Assembly (NCBI RefSeq): GCF_006345805.1
Contig: NC_042997.1
Span: 116,746,001 to 116,810,000, forward strand
DNA length: 64,000 bases
From: Octopus sinensis
Taxonomy: Eukaryota
Reading direction: 5' to 3'
Shown here: positions 11,439 to 24,533 of the stretch, piece after piece
Position numbering within the stretch: position 1 is the stretch's first letter
Layout of the letters: each line of letters begins with the position of its first letter
Position numbers and translations under genes: made by a program
The notes under the pieces: generated by a model
What the model was told of the DNA's origin: nothing
Databases searched by the model: none
The model's input: the letters and a program-made list of their open reading frames with translations, nothing else

Positions 11439-12280
11439 TTCACTTTCTTCGTAATAAGGACATGTTTTGTGAAGATGGTACTGCTTTATTATGTATTTAA
11501 ATTGAAGTAATTCTGTCTTTCTCTCTCTCCCTCTCTCTTTCGTTTCTAAATTTAACACATGTACAGCTGGAGATTCAACAGAAATGATATCCTTCCTTTA
11601 TAAATTAATCACAAATAATTTTCAAAATCGTATTAAGCGATGTTTCCACAGCAAGTGGTTATTTGCCTCTAAAGAGAGCGAATAAAAATACTGTGTAAAG
11701 CAGAAAGAATAAGAACTATACGTTTTGACAAGATACGCAATTTGTTAAACAAATAACATTTCGAATTTAATTACGAGAAAAAAAATAAAAAACCGAAAAA
11801 ACATCGTGGAATTGTCTGAAGATTAAAGCTGTCGTTTTTACCCCCCGTTTTATATATTTTTACACACATAAATAATAAGCTGACGATGATTATTAGGCAC
11901 ATTTATAAATTAAGAAAGGTTTTTCGTCACTTCTTTTTTATTTATTTTGCATAATATATTTTGAGCATAAAAAAAAATAACAAGCGCTTTCCTGGAAGAT
12001 ATATACAGAATAGAAAAGCTAATATTTGAAATCCGAGGGAGCTGGACAAGTTCTTGTGGGAAATAAAAAAACATATTACATCAACTGCTGCTTGGCAGGC
12101 TTCTCACCATGTATCACAACGACCATTTCTCTCTTTCAGCGCTTCCCATCACAACACACAATTCACACACGTACCCTTACGTGTCTCATTCGCTTCCACT
12201 TCCTCCTCCACACGCCGACCCTAACATATAATAATCTCTCTCTCTTTGTCTTCATTTCCAACTCCTTCCTCTTGGCTATT

Positions 12281-12325
12281 GAAAACGCAGACGACGGGCT
12301 AAAGCCCGAAACGGCAGCTTTTTTT
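12281..12325 (+). other. Degenerate hammerhead-like motif (second type)
   Basis: CAGACGAC-GGGC-TAAA-GCCC-GAAAC-GGCA-GCT, preceded by a C/T-rich stretch. Confidence 0.4.
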
Positions 12326-13650
12326 TTACTTCGCTTGACAATTGGATTTTCTCGAGAATAGAAATCTGTGTTCCAAAATATTTTGAATTCGCTTTTCTGC
12401 TGCGAACTGGCAGTTGTCATGGTGATGTCAACCTACAGTTGAAAGATAATCGCTTTCGATAATTGATAGAAGAATTTTGTTATTTCTTTATTCTTTGTAA
12501 GAGGTATTGTTTGGAATGAACTGTATGTTCTTATGATGAATTTTTCTAAAGGGGAACATTGATTCGCTGTCTTCGTAAACAAAGAAAAAAGAAAATATCA
12601 TTTAAAAATATCCTCCAGTAAGAAAAGCCGCTGCTTTTATGAAACTAATTATTGTGCAAAATAGCAAAATTCTCTTTATCGTTCTTCACGATGATCTGTC
12701 GATGTTCAGAAAACAAAACATTAATTTAAAAGTCAATGTATCACCCACAAACTCTGTTACATCTGCCTTCAGAGTGTTGAGTACGATTTTCGGTGCACAC
12801 ACCTTAGCTCTCCTCCTCCGCACCACATCCTCCTCCTCCTGCTACTACTACTGCTACATAGTCACACACGCATACGTACACACACACGCGTGCAAGTACA
12901 CATACTATTAGACTTAATACGTTATTTGCTTCAATATTCACCTGGCATAGATTACTTTCAGCTATTAAGATCCGTGTAAGTTTTGAGAAAACCCACTTAT
13001 ACTTTAAAATATGCCAATTTCACGAAGAAAATTATGCAAGTATAATTACTTTCCTGTTGTAAAAATAAGTTTCAGGAAAGACCATTTTAAAATCTAAACA
13101 ACATATAAAGCTGATAAAACCAACAAATAAAGCAACATTTCTTTGGAGACGAAAAGACTGACTGTTTTCCGTTGTTACCCACCGTATCACTTATTTAACA
13201 GCACTTAACTTCCTCAGAACTCTGCATTATTCATTCAGATAATTGCAAATCCGTAGAGGAGTTGTTACAATCCGTGTAGCTGCTTTTCTTGTTATAATTC
13301 CCATATACAAGTTTTATGAATTTTGTTGCATCTCATGGATTCATTATATCACAAATGCTCTTCTTTCTGTACATTATTAATCAGTTCATCCTTATTTCTC
13401 ACACCGCATAAATCTATACGGATAATACCACCTACACAGAACGGTAACCTTTTACTCAAAGACGTCGTCCAAACATTGTGTACAGACTTTATGTCAGGTA
13501 TGCACAGCTACTTCTGTGAGGAAAAAAGCCTCTTGTAAGAAAATGATAGGCAAATATTGGATTGCCCTAAGATAACAGTCAGTGCGCTAACTAAAGCAAC
13601 ACACGCATGAACTGCTAGTAATAAAACTTTACAATCCCTGCAAATCTAGA

Positions 13651-14115
13651 TAGGCACGCGTCGATCTCGAGACTCCATGGATCTGCGCTTGGAGATTTTT
13701 TGTCAGCTGCTGATAGTGGTGTAGCATCTGTTGTGGCTGTACAGGCAGATAGGGAAGTGTCAGTCACGCATACAACGACTGCAGTTGAAGGGGCTCTCTA
13801 CCAGCACTACTGGTTTTTCCTTTCGTCGAGAGCACTTTTCCTTGTTGGCAAGTTCGAGTTTCCTTTCCTCTCACTTCATCCCCCTTCGCAGTATTTGTCT
13901 CCAGGTAGGTGATCATTTGCGACCTCCTCCCATCTTAGGACGTCCCGATCTATTGACTTCATATCTCTTTTGCAGACGTTCTTGAATTGAGGATGAGGTC
14001 GTCCTCGTGCTTTTGTACCGGTGGCCAGCTCCTCATACAAAAAGTTTTTTAACTTCGCGTCCGGCATGCGATGTATATGGTCAAGCCAGCGCAGACGGCG
14101 CTGCTCTGGTACATC
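13651..14115 (-). mobile_element. RTE (BovB-like) LINE 3' fragment
   Basis: QRRLRWLDHIHRMPD...LYEELATGTKARGRP..FKNVCKRDMK...WEEVAND...CSRCMRD*HFPICLYSHNRC, then 3' UTR GATCCATGGAGTCTCGAGATCGACGCGTGCC. Confidence 0.85.
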
Positions 14116-14148
14116 ACAAACTTCAATTTACCTCTTATAACAATCATA

Positions 14149-14533
14149 TACTCTTTTACTCTTTTACTTGTTTCAGTCATTTTGACTGTGGCCATGCTGG
14201 AGCACCGCCTTTAGTCGAGCAAATCGACCCCAGGACTTATTCTTTGTAAGCGTAGTACTTATTCTATCGGTCTCTTTTGTCGAACCGCTAAGTTACGGGG
14301 ACGTAAACCCACCAGCATCGGTTGTCAAGCGATGTTGGGGGACAAACACAGACACACAAACATACATATATATATATATATATATATACATATATACGAC
14401 GGGCTTCTTTCAGTTTCCGTCTACCAAATCCACTCACAAGGCTTTGGTCGGCCCGAGGCTATAGTAGATACTTGCCCAAGATGCCACGCAGTGGGACTGA
14501 ACCCGTAACCATGTGGTTGGTAAGCAAGTAGCT
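14149..14533 (-). mobile_element. tRNA-derived SINE, family B (CORE-like, internal microsatellite)
   Basis: On the minus strand: GGGTTCAGTCCC B-box, CTTGGGCAAGT core, (TA)n/(TG)n middle, tail ...GGCGGTGCTCCAGCATGGCCACAGTCAAAATGACTGAAACAAGTAAAAGAGTAAAAGAG. Confidence 0.9.
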
Positions 14534-17500
14534 TCTTTCGATGTAATGAAATACTTCAGCCTTGAAGAACTGCTAACCCTTATAAGATACAAATATGCTT
14601 CTCATTTCTTTATCCTCATATGTGTAAGTTTCTGAAATTACTTCTCTTTCCGCGATCTCTCTAGTTTTCAACCTAAAATTCAAATGGTGCATCGTTCTGT
14701 CGATATCACTAGTCGTGAAGAATCTGAAAGGTTATAAGCAGTGTTCTTCTTTGACGGACTAAATAAGGTACGAAGAGCAGAAGTTCACTCTTGCAAGCAC
14801 TGGAAGTTATGATCACATTATTAAATACCGATACAAATATGTTTTTAATATATAGAAAATAAAGTTATACACAATGTCGAAGCGATCATGAACTTGGATG
14901 GATAAATTAATTCACCAAAAAACAAGGAGATAAGGATAATATACAGGATGTCGTTACCGAAAACGATTAGGAAAAATACCTCCCAATCGAATCATTCGCC
15001 TCAGCAGACGACAGTACATCTCTAAACAAATGGAGAAAATATCCAAATCGAAAGGTCTGGAAATACACTCGAGAAGACATTGATATAGCTACGTACAAAA
15101 CGTAGAAACAATGGATAAAGTTCTGGAGTTATTGCCTTTTGAGTTCTGAGTTCAAATCCCACTGTCGTAAACTTGACCGTTCCTTCTTCCTGTGTCAATA
15201 GAATAAAGTATCATTCATGTACTGAATCGATTTAATATAATTATAATGCATTTTAGATCTGACTGAATTTACAATAGAAGTCTATCTATAAAGGAAGCTC
15301 ATAGAAATTTATTCATGTATTTATATGTTTACTTCTAGTATATAGATGAAATGCAAATTGTACATTGAATGATCACTAAGAAGTTGTTTAATAAAATTAT
15401 AATGCTTTAATCTTCCAACTAACCATATGCCTGTGGAGTCTTTATAAATAAGTAGTGTTTTCTTACTGCCAAATGGCTGGAAGTAATTTGTGCGTATTAG
15501 TTTTATGCTGAACGACAATCAGGTCTAGTCATCAAAGGATGTCATTTATCTTAAACCCGTTGCGAAAACGTCTATTATTTGTAGAAGAGAAACTAGAAAT
15601 AAATGAGTTAAAACAAGATTGTAGGATGTATTTTCCTCATAAATCATGTCTTTATTTCTGTTAGAGGTGGACGTAAGATTGATTGTAGAGTATAATTACA
15701 ACAACAACAGCGATAGAAATAATAAATGTAAACAACAACGAAACAACAATGAAATCATGAATAATGCCTTCATTGTATTGAATTGTATTGCCAGACAATA
15801 TTGGTGATGTAAATGAGCATGAAGAAAATTGCGAGTGAAAAACAAGCAATCAACGCTTCTTAGTTTAAAAGAATAAATTCAAAATTTTTCTAACATCATA
15901 TCAGAATTAACTACGTTTGGTTAGGTACTGAGTTTCAATTTCGCTGTAGTTTACTTTGCCTTTTATCTTTTCAGCATCGATAAAATAATTTGCATTTGAA
16001 CACTGGTGTTAGTGCAATCGGCTTTCCTACCCCCTTAAAATTGCTGCCCTTGTGTTGATATTAAAAAATTAAAAATTTAAGAAAGAAAATTTATGACTCA
16101 AGTCCCCTCCCTCTCTCAATGGAATTTTTATTCTTAATTGAAGTCAATTCATTCCAGTTAGGATATTAAAGTTTTTGGGGAATGTATAATACCCAGTCTC
16201 ACCTCTCACCACTAAATGTGGTATTTTACCAAAATAATAGGACAATTTAAAATGACAACTAGTTGAACTATATATATATTTCGTTTAAGGATCTACACAA
16301 ACGTTTTAGATAAGCGTGTCGATATTTTGAGAGAGAATACAAACAGGTGTGTGTGTGATATATAAGTAAATGAAATATATATATAATTAAATGTAAAAAA
16401 TAAATTACACGCACAAACACACGCATATTACTTTTCTTTCTGTTACTTGTTTCAGTCATTTGACTGCGGCCATGCTGGAGCACCGATGCTTTTGAAAAAA
16501 AGAAACCAAGTGAAAAAAATCTGTCTTTCCAGAAAACTTGTGTTAACCTCTAATGAAAAAGGCAATTAGTTCTTTTTCGTGCGTTATGATATACTCTTAA
16601 ATATTATAATTCATGAGGTACATGCAGCACAGCAAAAATCCAAGCAATAATGTTTTCATTTTTAATACAAACTTACAGATTCGAATGTGAACATCCGGCC
16701 ACTGGTGCTTTTCGCCACCATTTTCATTTGTAATGAGGTCTGGCAGATTGTGTTGATCACTGTTGCTTTGTGTCACCGTTTTTTCTTAAATATTACAAAT
16801 TTACAAACCAATTTATAAACAAATATAGTCATGATAGATATGTAATGATATTACATTATTTTAGAAGATAGTTTTATTTCTAAAGAAGTTTGTTAACGCA
16901 AATAAATATAAAAGAAATCGCATATTTGTACAGCACATTAAATAAATATTATCATTTTTTGCATATGAAAAATGAAATTATTTGTATCATTAACATATTT
17001 GCTTTGATCAATTCTAATTTCTTAGTAATCTGACGGCGAAATTCCCATAAAACAGATTTCATCTTATGAGACAAATATGATTGCTAATCTCCGAAACTAG
17101 AATTTAATTTTCGAAATGATTAACAAAATTACTTAAAGATGTAAAACATAAAGCTCAAAAAGATGTAAAAATTAAAATCGTATTGTTATCTTTCCTTCTG
17201 TTTTTGATAGAATAAAGGAATGATTAGATCAAGAAATAGTTTCCTTTGCCAATTTGTTGAGGAATAATTTCAAATAATTTTATATTTGAATATCCATTTC
17301 CTGCTAATTAATCAAAATTTTACCAAATATGTTTGTCATGCGTAATTTCAGCCTGATGAAACAAAAACCGGAAATTTATCAGTAACTACGTGCCATGTTT
17401 TTATTCTGCCTGCGCTCGTGTAAAAGAAAAGTGTACTTACAAATACAAACTTTAATTTCCGTGTTGTATGGCAACAAAGATTTGTATATTTATATATTTT

Positions 17501-18719
17501 CGGTTGATAAAATGGTTTTAGTCATGGAAAATATGTTAAGATCCCCAAGTAAACTCATCTCTTTTATTTTGAGTTCAAAACAAGATGTTACTGTTGCTGT
17601 TGTTGTTTTTTTTAATGTTAAGGTTCTTGTTTATGTTGCCTATCGCTAGGTCAGTCCAATCACGCAGAACAATTATCATTCTTCCCAACCACGACCATTC
17701 CATTTTTTGCCATACATAATATATGGCGGACTATTTGATAAAATATTTTTCCTTTTTACTGATGGTAAGATCTGATTTTAAGAAGTCATGGCTGCTATTT
17801 CTAGAAGCTCGAGCGATTATGAAAGTCCTCTCTGGTTCACTGATTACAAAACTGTCATCCCTTCAGACGACGGATCCTAAGCACTTTAAAATGTCTTTGA
17901 ACTGGTATTCACTTAAACCAAGCACCAGTATTCGAAATGGAGTGGGAATGGGTAATAAGGTGTTCCAGTTACACACCTCCCCCCGTTGGACACAATGAGG
18001 ACTAGTTCACTGGTCTTTCCTTAATTCTAGGATCGTTATAAAGTTGTATTTAAGCTGTAATACCACTTTACTCTTACACATGAGTTCTATACTCTTATCC
18101 TATCGTCTAAGGTCTTAGATCTGCCTTTTCAACAGGAGCCGATTAGCCCCACTAGCAAGGCTGGCACATTTGTTGAAGCGAAAGACTGTCTATCTGTTTG
18201 TGTTTTACTGGGGGAGAACAGTTGAAAGTATTTACAACTATTTCACAGATGATCTAGGGTACCTGTGAAGAGTTCGTAAGGACACCGTAGCCAAAAATGT
18301 TTGAGAATTGCCGATTTTATATTTTGCTGAGTTGATAAAAATAGATAAGTCCAGTGTTGCAATCATACTAAAACCCAAAAATGCTACCCACTGCATTCTA
18401 TGTCAAAATTCTTTTAATTAGCTAAAACTCATGGCCACCTAGATATAGATACCAAATTTTAGTAAACTAAAATGCTGCAATCTTGAAAAGAATGGTACAT
18501 AGGATTTTGTAGTCCTAGACACAACTGGAAAAGTAGGATGACTACAGCTGGAATGCCCTTGATTATAAGTCTTCTCGCTCTAGGCTGACTTGTGGCTAAA
18601 TAATAATAATTCTAATTTGGGCCGCCCAACGCCACTGAAGTGGAAGTCTATTTCATGATCACTCGAGCTTCTAGAAATAGCAACCAAGGCTTCTTAATAT
18701 CAGACCTTACCGTCGATTT

Positions 18720-19490
18720 CGACGACCCAAAAATTCGACTGGTACTTATTTTAACGACACTGAAAGGATGATGAGCAGAGGGTTTTGAACGCAAACCGTA
18801 AAGCCGGAAGAGATGCCACTAAGCATTAAGTCCGATGCGGTAGCAATTTTGCAAACTCGCCACCTTAATAATGATTATTCATTGCACGATAGGCACGAGG
18901 AGGATAATTGATTACATGGACTCCAATGCTGAACTGGTACTTATTTTATCGACCCGAAAGAATAAAAGGCAAAGTGGCCACGGTGGAATTTGAACACAGA
19001 ATCTAAAGACAAACGAAATTCCACAAAGCATTCTACCAGCTCGCTGCCTTTCTCTATTTCGGAAAACGGTCAGCAGTTTTGAGGGCAGAGGTGTCGATAA
19101 CATCGAGTCCATTGCTAATCTGTTATTTATTCTATGTACCCTCAAAGGATGGAAAATAAAATTGATCTTGGCGGAATTTGATCTCAAATATAAAGCCTGA
19201 AGGAATCCCTACAAACAATTCCACCAGTTTTGGGGGAAGAGGGCGAGTTGTTTACACTGCCTTAATAATAATACTAATGTTTCCAAATTTTGGCAGAAGG
19301 CCATCAATTTCGGGGAGGGGTAAGTCGATTACATCGACCCCATAAAGCTCAACTGGTGCTTATCTTTTAGGGTCCAAAAGGATGAATGGCAAAATCGATA
19401 TCGGCGGAGTGTGAACGTAAAGCCATGAAAAAGGCTACTAAGCATTTTATCTGGCGTACTAATGATTCTGCCAGCTTGCTGCTTCAAAGA
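18720..19490 (-). mobile_element. Several old SINE-A fragments in tandem
   Basis: Repeated degraded CTGGTACTTATTTT-ATCGACCC-GAAAGGAT-AAAGGCAAAGT...GGAATTTGAAC blocks. Confidence 0.6.
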
Positions 19491-20006
19491 TAATAATAAT
19501 AAAAACAACTACAGCAACAGCGAAACAACAGTTAGATCCTCTTAAATCAAACATTACTCATTAAAAAAAAAAGAAAATATATGTTAGATAATGCATATGG
19601 AGCCGGACACATTATCTGAAGACATGCTGAGCTGTTCATGGTTTGGAGCAGAACTAATCCGGGATCAAGCAACAGTAACGACGACGACGACAACAACAAC
19701 AACAACAGCAACAGCAGCAGCAGCAGCAAAAATAACCACTTGTACATGTATTCTCAGATATACGAACACAAATTTACTGAATTTCATTTTCCTCAGGGGA
19801 GATCGATGTTTCAGTTGAACTATTGACTAGAGATGACAATCAATAAGATTAGCTTTCATACAGATAATTATTTTATTGACTTTAATATCGACACTTTTCT
19901 GGCAATTTTCTAAATAGATTTAAAATTGAAAATTCTGTGTATTTCCTCCTATAATATAAACATAGATGTACCATCTTTAACCTCTTGAATATACATACAT
20001 ATATAC

Positions 20007-20020
<14 letters not shown>

Positions 20021-20086
<66 letters not shown>
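20021..20086. repeat. (TA)n microsatellite flanking the SINE-LINE composite
   Basis: Directly visible. Confidence 0.95.
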
Positions 20087-20088
<2 letters not shown>

Positions 20089-20092
20089 ATTA

Positions 20093-20307
20093 GGGCGGCG
20101 AGCTGACAGGAACGTTAGCACGCCGGGCGTATTGCGTAGCCGTATTTCGTCTGTCGTTACATTCTGAGTTCAAATTCCGCCGAGGTCGACTTTGCCTTTC
20201 ATCCTTTCGGGGTCGATAAATTAAGTACTAGTTTCGCACTGGGGTCGATATAATCGACTTAATCCCTTTGTCAGTCCTTGTTTGTCCCCTCTATGTTTAG
20301 CCCCTTG
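20093..20307 (+). mobile_element. tRNA-derived SINE, family A, missing its last ~17 nt and fused to the LINE
   Basis: GGCGGCGAGCTGACAGGAACGTTAGC head, GAGTTCAAATTCC B-box, GTCGACTTTGCCTTTCATCCTTTCGGGGTCGATAAA middle. Stops at CCCCTTG where other copies continue TGGGTAGTAAAGAAATA. Confidence 0.9.
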
Positions 20308-20309
20308 CC

Positions 20310-20930
20310 CAAAAATGGAAGATCCCATATATAGAGAGTTGGCTTGCCAAAACGGCACATTGCTTCCCTTTCTTTATCCTTACCGAGACTCACCTGAACA
20401 ACACCCATATGGACGCCGAGGTGAAAATAAAAGATTTCACCATTGTTCGTGCGGATCGCACAGACCGAAATAAGGGAGGGACAGCCATCTTTATCTATGA
20501 CTCCTTTTCACTTGATGCCAAGGACATATTTTCCAATGGCTACTGTGAATCGGTATCACTATTCAGCAAGGCCAAGGACATAATCACTGTTGGTCTTTAC
20601 AGGCCTCCCCAGTGCTTTGAAGAGTGCCTTAGCAAAGTCAAGTCCTTCCTTCGGAAGTACCACTCCGGAAACATACTAGTGATGGGTGATTTTAACCTCC
20701 CTCATGTGAACTGGCCCACAAATACTCTGAAGTTAGGCAAGTGCTCTACATCAGATAGAGCAGCAGCAGAACTGCTCTTAAATCTGATGGATGAATACTT
20801 CGTGACTCAGCTAGTGCTCGAACCAACGAGACAGAATAAAACGATCTTGGATCTAGCTTCGTTCACAGTATTTCAGTTGAAAAAACTCTCCTCTCAGACC
20901 ACGACATAGTACTCTGCAATTTTAATTCCC
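20310..20930 (+). pseudogene. LINE apurinic-like endonuclease domain (frameshifted near 20860)
   Basis: The frame of ORF 20409-20909 is open from 20310 (KWKIPY...TETHL). The SDH motif lies in another frame after a small deletion. Confidence 0.9.
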
Positions 20931-21265
20931 GACATATAAAAACCAAACCAGCCAATCCCACTCCATGGCACCCATTTGACAACATAAACTTCCATAAAGC
21001 GGACTGGGGAGCAATCAGAAAAGATCTGTCTTCCATCGACTGGTCTTTTACTCTCAATTCCACCCATATTGAGACCGCGTGGCAGCACTTTGAAAACATT
21101 GTCACCTATACATGCTCTAAACACACTCCCACGAAATCTACTAACACAAACAGAAACCTGTTCCCTAAAAAGAAAAAAAAACACTCATCAGGCGCATCAA
21201 AAGACTCAACAAAAAAAATCAACCAATTAAAATATTCCCACACGCAACATCCACATTCAACAACA

Positions 21266-23155
21266 ATGAAAAGGCTAGAGCTGGAAAAACTTCATCTGCA
21301 GACCAACATGAAAACCTCCATTGAAAATCAAAGAGCTGTGGAGGAACAGTGGGTAATCAAAAATATCAAACAGAACCCAAAAGTGTTCTATTCTTATGCA
21401 AATAAGCATAGAACCACTGTCTCACCCATTGGGCCATTGATTGATGATAACGGCATTCCCCAACACGATGCTAAAGAAATAGCAGAAATACTGCAGAAAC
21501 AATACTGCTCTGTCTTTAGTGTTCCCACTGATATTGACGTAAGAGAAGCGAACGAAGTTGACTCCCAACATAAAATCTCGGACATAACCTTCACTGCCAC
21601 TGACATCGTAGCAGCAATAAATGAGGTCAAATACTTCTCTGCTGTAGGCCCTGACAGATTCCCCGCTAGTCTCCTGAAGGAATGTAGACACCAACTTGCA
21701 GTCCCTCTGACCAACCTCTGGAGAAATTCGTTAGATGCAGGTTATATACCGAAACAGTTTCTACCCCAGTCGGTCATCCCGGTTTTCAAACAGGGAAACA
21801 GATCTCTCGCAGTCAACTATCGCCCAATCTCACTCACCTCTCACATCATTAAAGTGTTTGAAAGAGTGTTAAGATCAAGGATAGCTGACTTCCTGGAGAC
21901 CCACAAACTCCTAAATGCAAATCAGCATGGCTTTCGCTGTGGCAGGGACTCTCTAACACAGCTCTTACACCACATTGATGATGTACTCAAAGCCTTGGGA
22001 ACAGGTTCGAATTCTGACGTCATATATCTTGACTTCAGTAAAGCGTTTGACGGGGTAGACCATAATATCCTACTCTCAAAATTGGCAAATGTTGGAATCC
22101 GTGGAAAAGTTCTACACTGGATTAAGTATTTCCTGGCGAATAGAACACAACATGTTGTAGTTGATGGAGTCCACTCAAGCCCAGCAAAAGTCACCAGTGG
22201 TGTTCCCCAGGGGACTGTCTTGGGTCCGCTACTCTTCATAATTTACATAAATGACCTTTCCAGTGTCGTACATTACTGCAAAGTGAAAATATTTGCTGAT
22301 GACACTAAGCTCCAGCAAATCGTCAATGAAGAAGCAGACCGAACTTAACTCCAGTCTGATCTATATGCTGTGAGTCAATGGGCAGACAGAAACAAAATGC
22401 AACTGAATGAGGGAAAATTTGAGCTGATGCATTTTGGAAGAAATTCCTCACTAAAACAGCCATACTCTCTTCCTTCAGGGGAACCGCTCACAGCCTCTAG
22501 CAATATCAGAGACCTGGGTGTAATTGTTGATGACGATCTCAGTTGGAGTGCACACATCAACAAGAAGGTCGATATAGCTCGTAGGATGAGTTCCTGGATC
22601 TTAAGAATTTTCCGGTCCAGAGAACAAGGTGTCATCATACCACTTTTCTCCTCCTTTGTACGGCCACACCTTGAATATTGCTGCCCACTGTGGTCTCCCC
22701 ATACAAGACAAAACATCTCCAGGATTGAGTCACCCCAGAGGGCACTCACTAAACGAATTGAAGGCATGGCTGCTCTCGATTATTGGGATCGCCTTAAAAC
22801 CTTGAAACTTTACTCTCTCCAGCTTCGCCGTGAGCGGTACATCATTTGTACGATGTGGAGAATATACCTCCAACTTTGCCCAAACGACCTTAACGTTAGC
22901 TTCAAGGTTCATCCAAGACTGGGACCACGGGCCATACGTCCCTTGCCCAATTCAAGATCACAGCATACATGTACACTGCAACATAATTTCTTTTCATCAA
23001 CAGGCCCTGCCCTATTTAACATTGTCCCGAGGGAGATCAAAGAGGAAAAGGATCCCATCAAGTTTAAACGGAGTCTGGATAGATTCCTTCAAAGAATACC
23101 AGATAAGCCACCCACAACTCACCCAACAAGAACTCACTACTTGAATGGACCATAA
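21266..23155 (+). pseudogene. LINE reverse transcriptase domain and C-terminus
   Basis: ORFs 21266-22348 and 22370-23155 are in the same frame, separated by one in-frame TAA (22346-22348). The terminal NSLLEW is shifted by a small deletion near 23115. Confidence 0.93.
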
Positions 23156-23321
23156 AAAAACTTGACTTAAACAGGATTCGAATAATCCTATCAGGTGGTG
23201 CTATTAAGTTAGACATGGCCTGGACCAATCTTTGGTCGAAACATATCTAAGTTTATCTAAGTTTATATATATATATGCATACATACATATGTATATATAT
23301 GGATATGTGTATGTATATATA

Positions 23322-23366
<45 letters not shown>

Positions 23367-23624
23367 ATATTATATATGCATGTGTGTGTTTGTAAGTGTG
23401 TGCATGCGAACATAAAGTATATATATATCCACAGATATGTATACGCATTCACACAAGAATGGAATAAGTTTTATGCAATGAAGAATTAGAAGATGTGACG
23501 TATCCTGCGAAAATCGCTGAAGAAAATTAAAATGTCACCTGATATTGAAGGATGAGGAAGTGACTGGAAGAAAGAAATGTAACAAACCAGCAAGAGGTGA
23601 CAAGCGTTACGGCAACAATCAGAA

Positions 23625-23656
<32 letters not shown>

Positions 23657-23878
23657 GGAGAGAGAGAGAGATTTGAATAGCTCTCTGCATTCCCCGCTCA
23701 AATCCTACTGAAGACATCTATACATCTCACCCTTTTGGTTCAATGTTTAGAGCTAAGTGTCCATCGTTGTGAGGGTCCATCAGGTGAAAATACTTTTCAT
23801 CGATTATACACACACACACAACCACACATATGCATACATATATACATGCATACATACATACATACATACATACATACA

Positions 23879-23912
<34 letters not shown>

Positions 23913-24164
23913 CATACATACATACATACATACATACTTATTTATATATTATATTATTTATATATAATTCTACTAGTTTCAGTCATCAAGCGATACCGTA
24001 TTTAAGATTTTAGTTGATTTCAGTGTTTCAATGGACGTATTTTTATCGATATGCTGATCAAATGACATTCTTTTAGGCTAAGCAATTCGGGGTCATGAAT
24101 CATCTCGTTGTGAAATTTCCTCACATTGTTCTGCCTACGCCCTGCACATTGCACACTGTGAGCA

Positions 24165-24196
<32 letters not shown>

Positions 24197-24467
24197 CATA
24201 CATACATACATACAGATAATTAGACATGTATATAGATGCAGTGGGTAAAGTTTATTTCAAATTTTCTGTTTAATATATCTTTACATATAACACATTACCT
24301 TTATACCGAACACATAGCAAATCGATACGTACACTGTATCAATCCCTTTGTATCGGAGATAGATTATTCCATATCTGCATTTTATTCAAGCCTCATATTC
24401 CAACCCGCTTCACCTCGACACACAAAGCGTATGTATATTTTAACAGGCGAATATATAGAAGCATATG

Positions 24468-24533
<66 letters not shown>

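Larger units (their letters stand above)
20308..23264 (+). mobile_element. CR1-clade LINE, 5'-truncated within the APE domain of ORF2
   Basis: APE motifs TETHL, GLYRPP, MGDFNLP, ILDL, SDH. RT motifs YRPISLTS, QHGFR, YLDFSKAFD, GVPQGTVLGPLLF, FADD. C-terminal RPHLEYCCPLWSP and FKRSLD. 3' hairpin GACCAA-TCT-TTGGTC and (ATCTAAGTTT)x2 tail. Confidence 0.95.

Noticed and set aside
17761-18714. 67-bp inverted pair that could be the TIRs of a 950-bp element
   Set aside because: No TSD, and the left copy continues into a longer dispersed-repeat tail also seen at 18480-18610; two independent repeat copies are more likely
21394-22912. Minus-strand ORFs of 60-130 aa
   Set aside because: Antisense shadows of the CR1 RT frame
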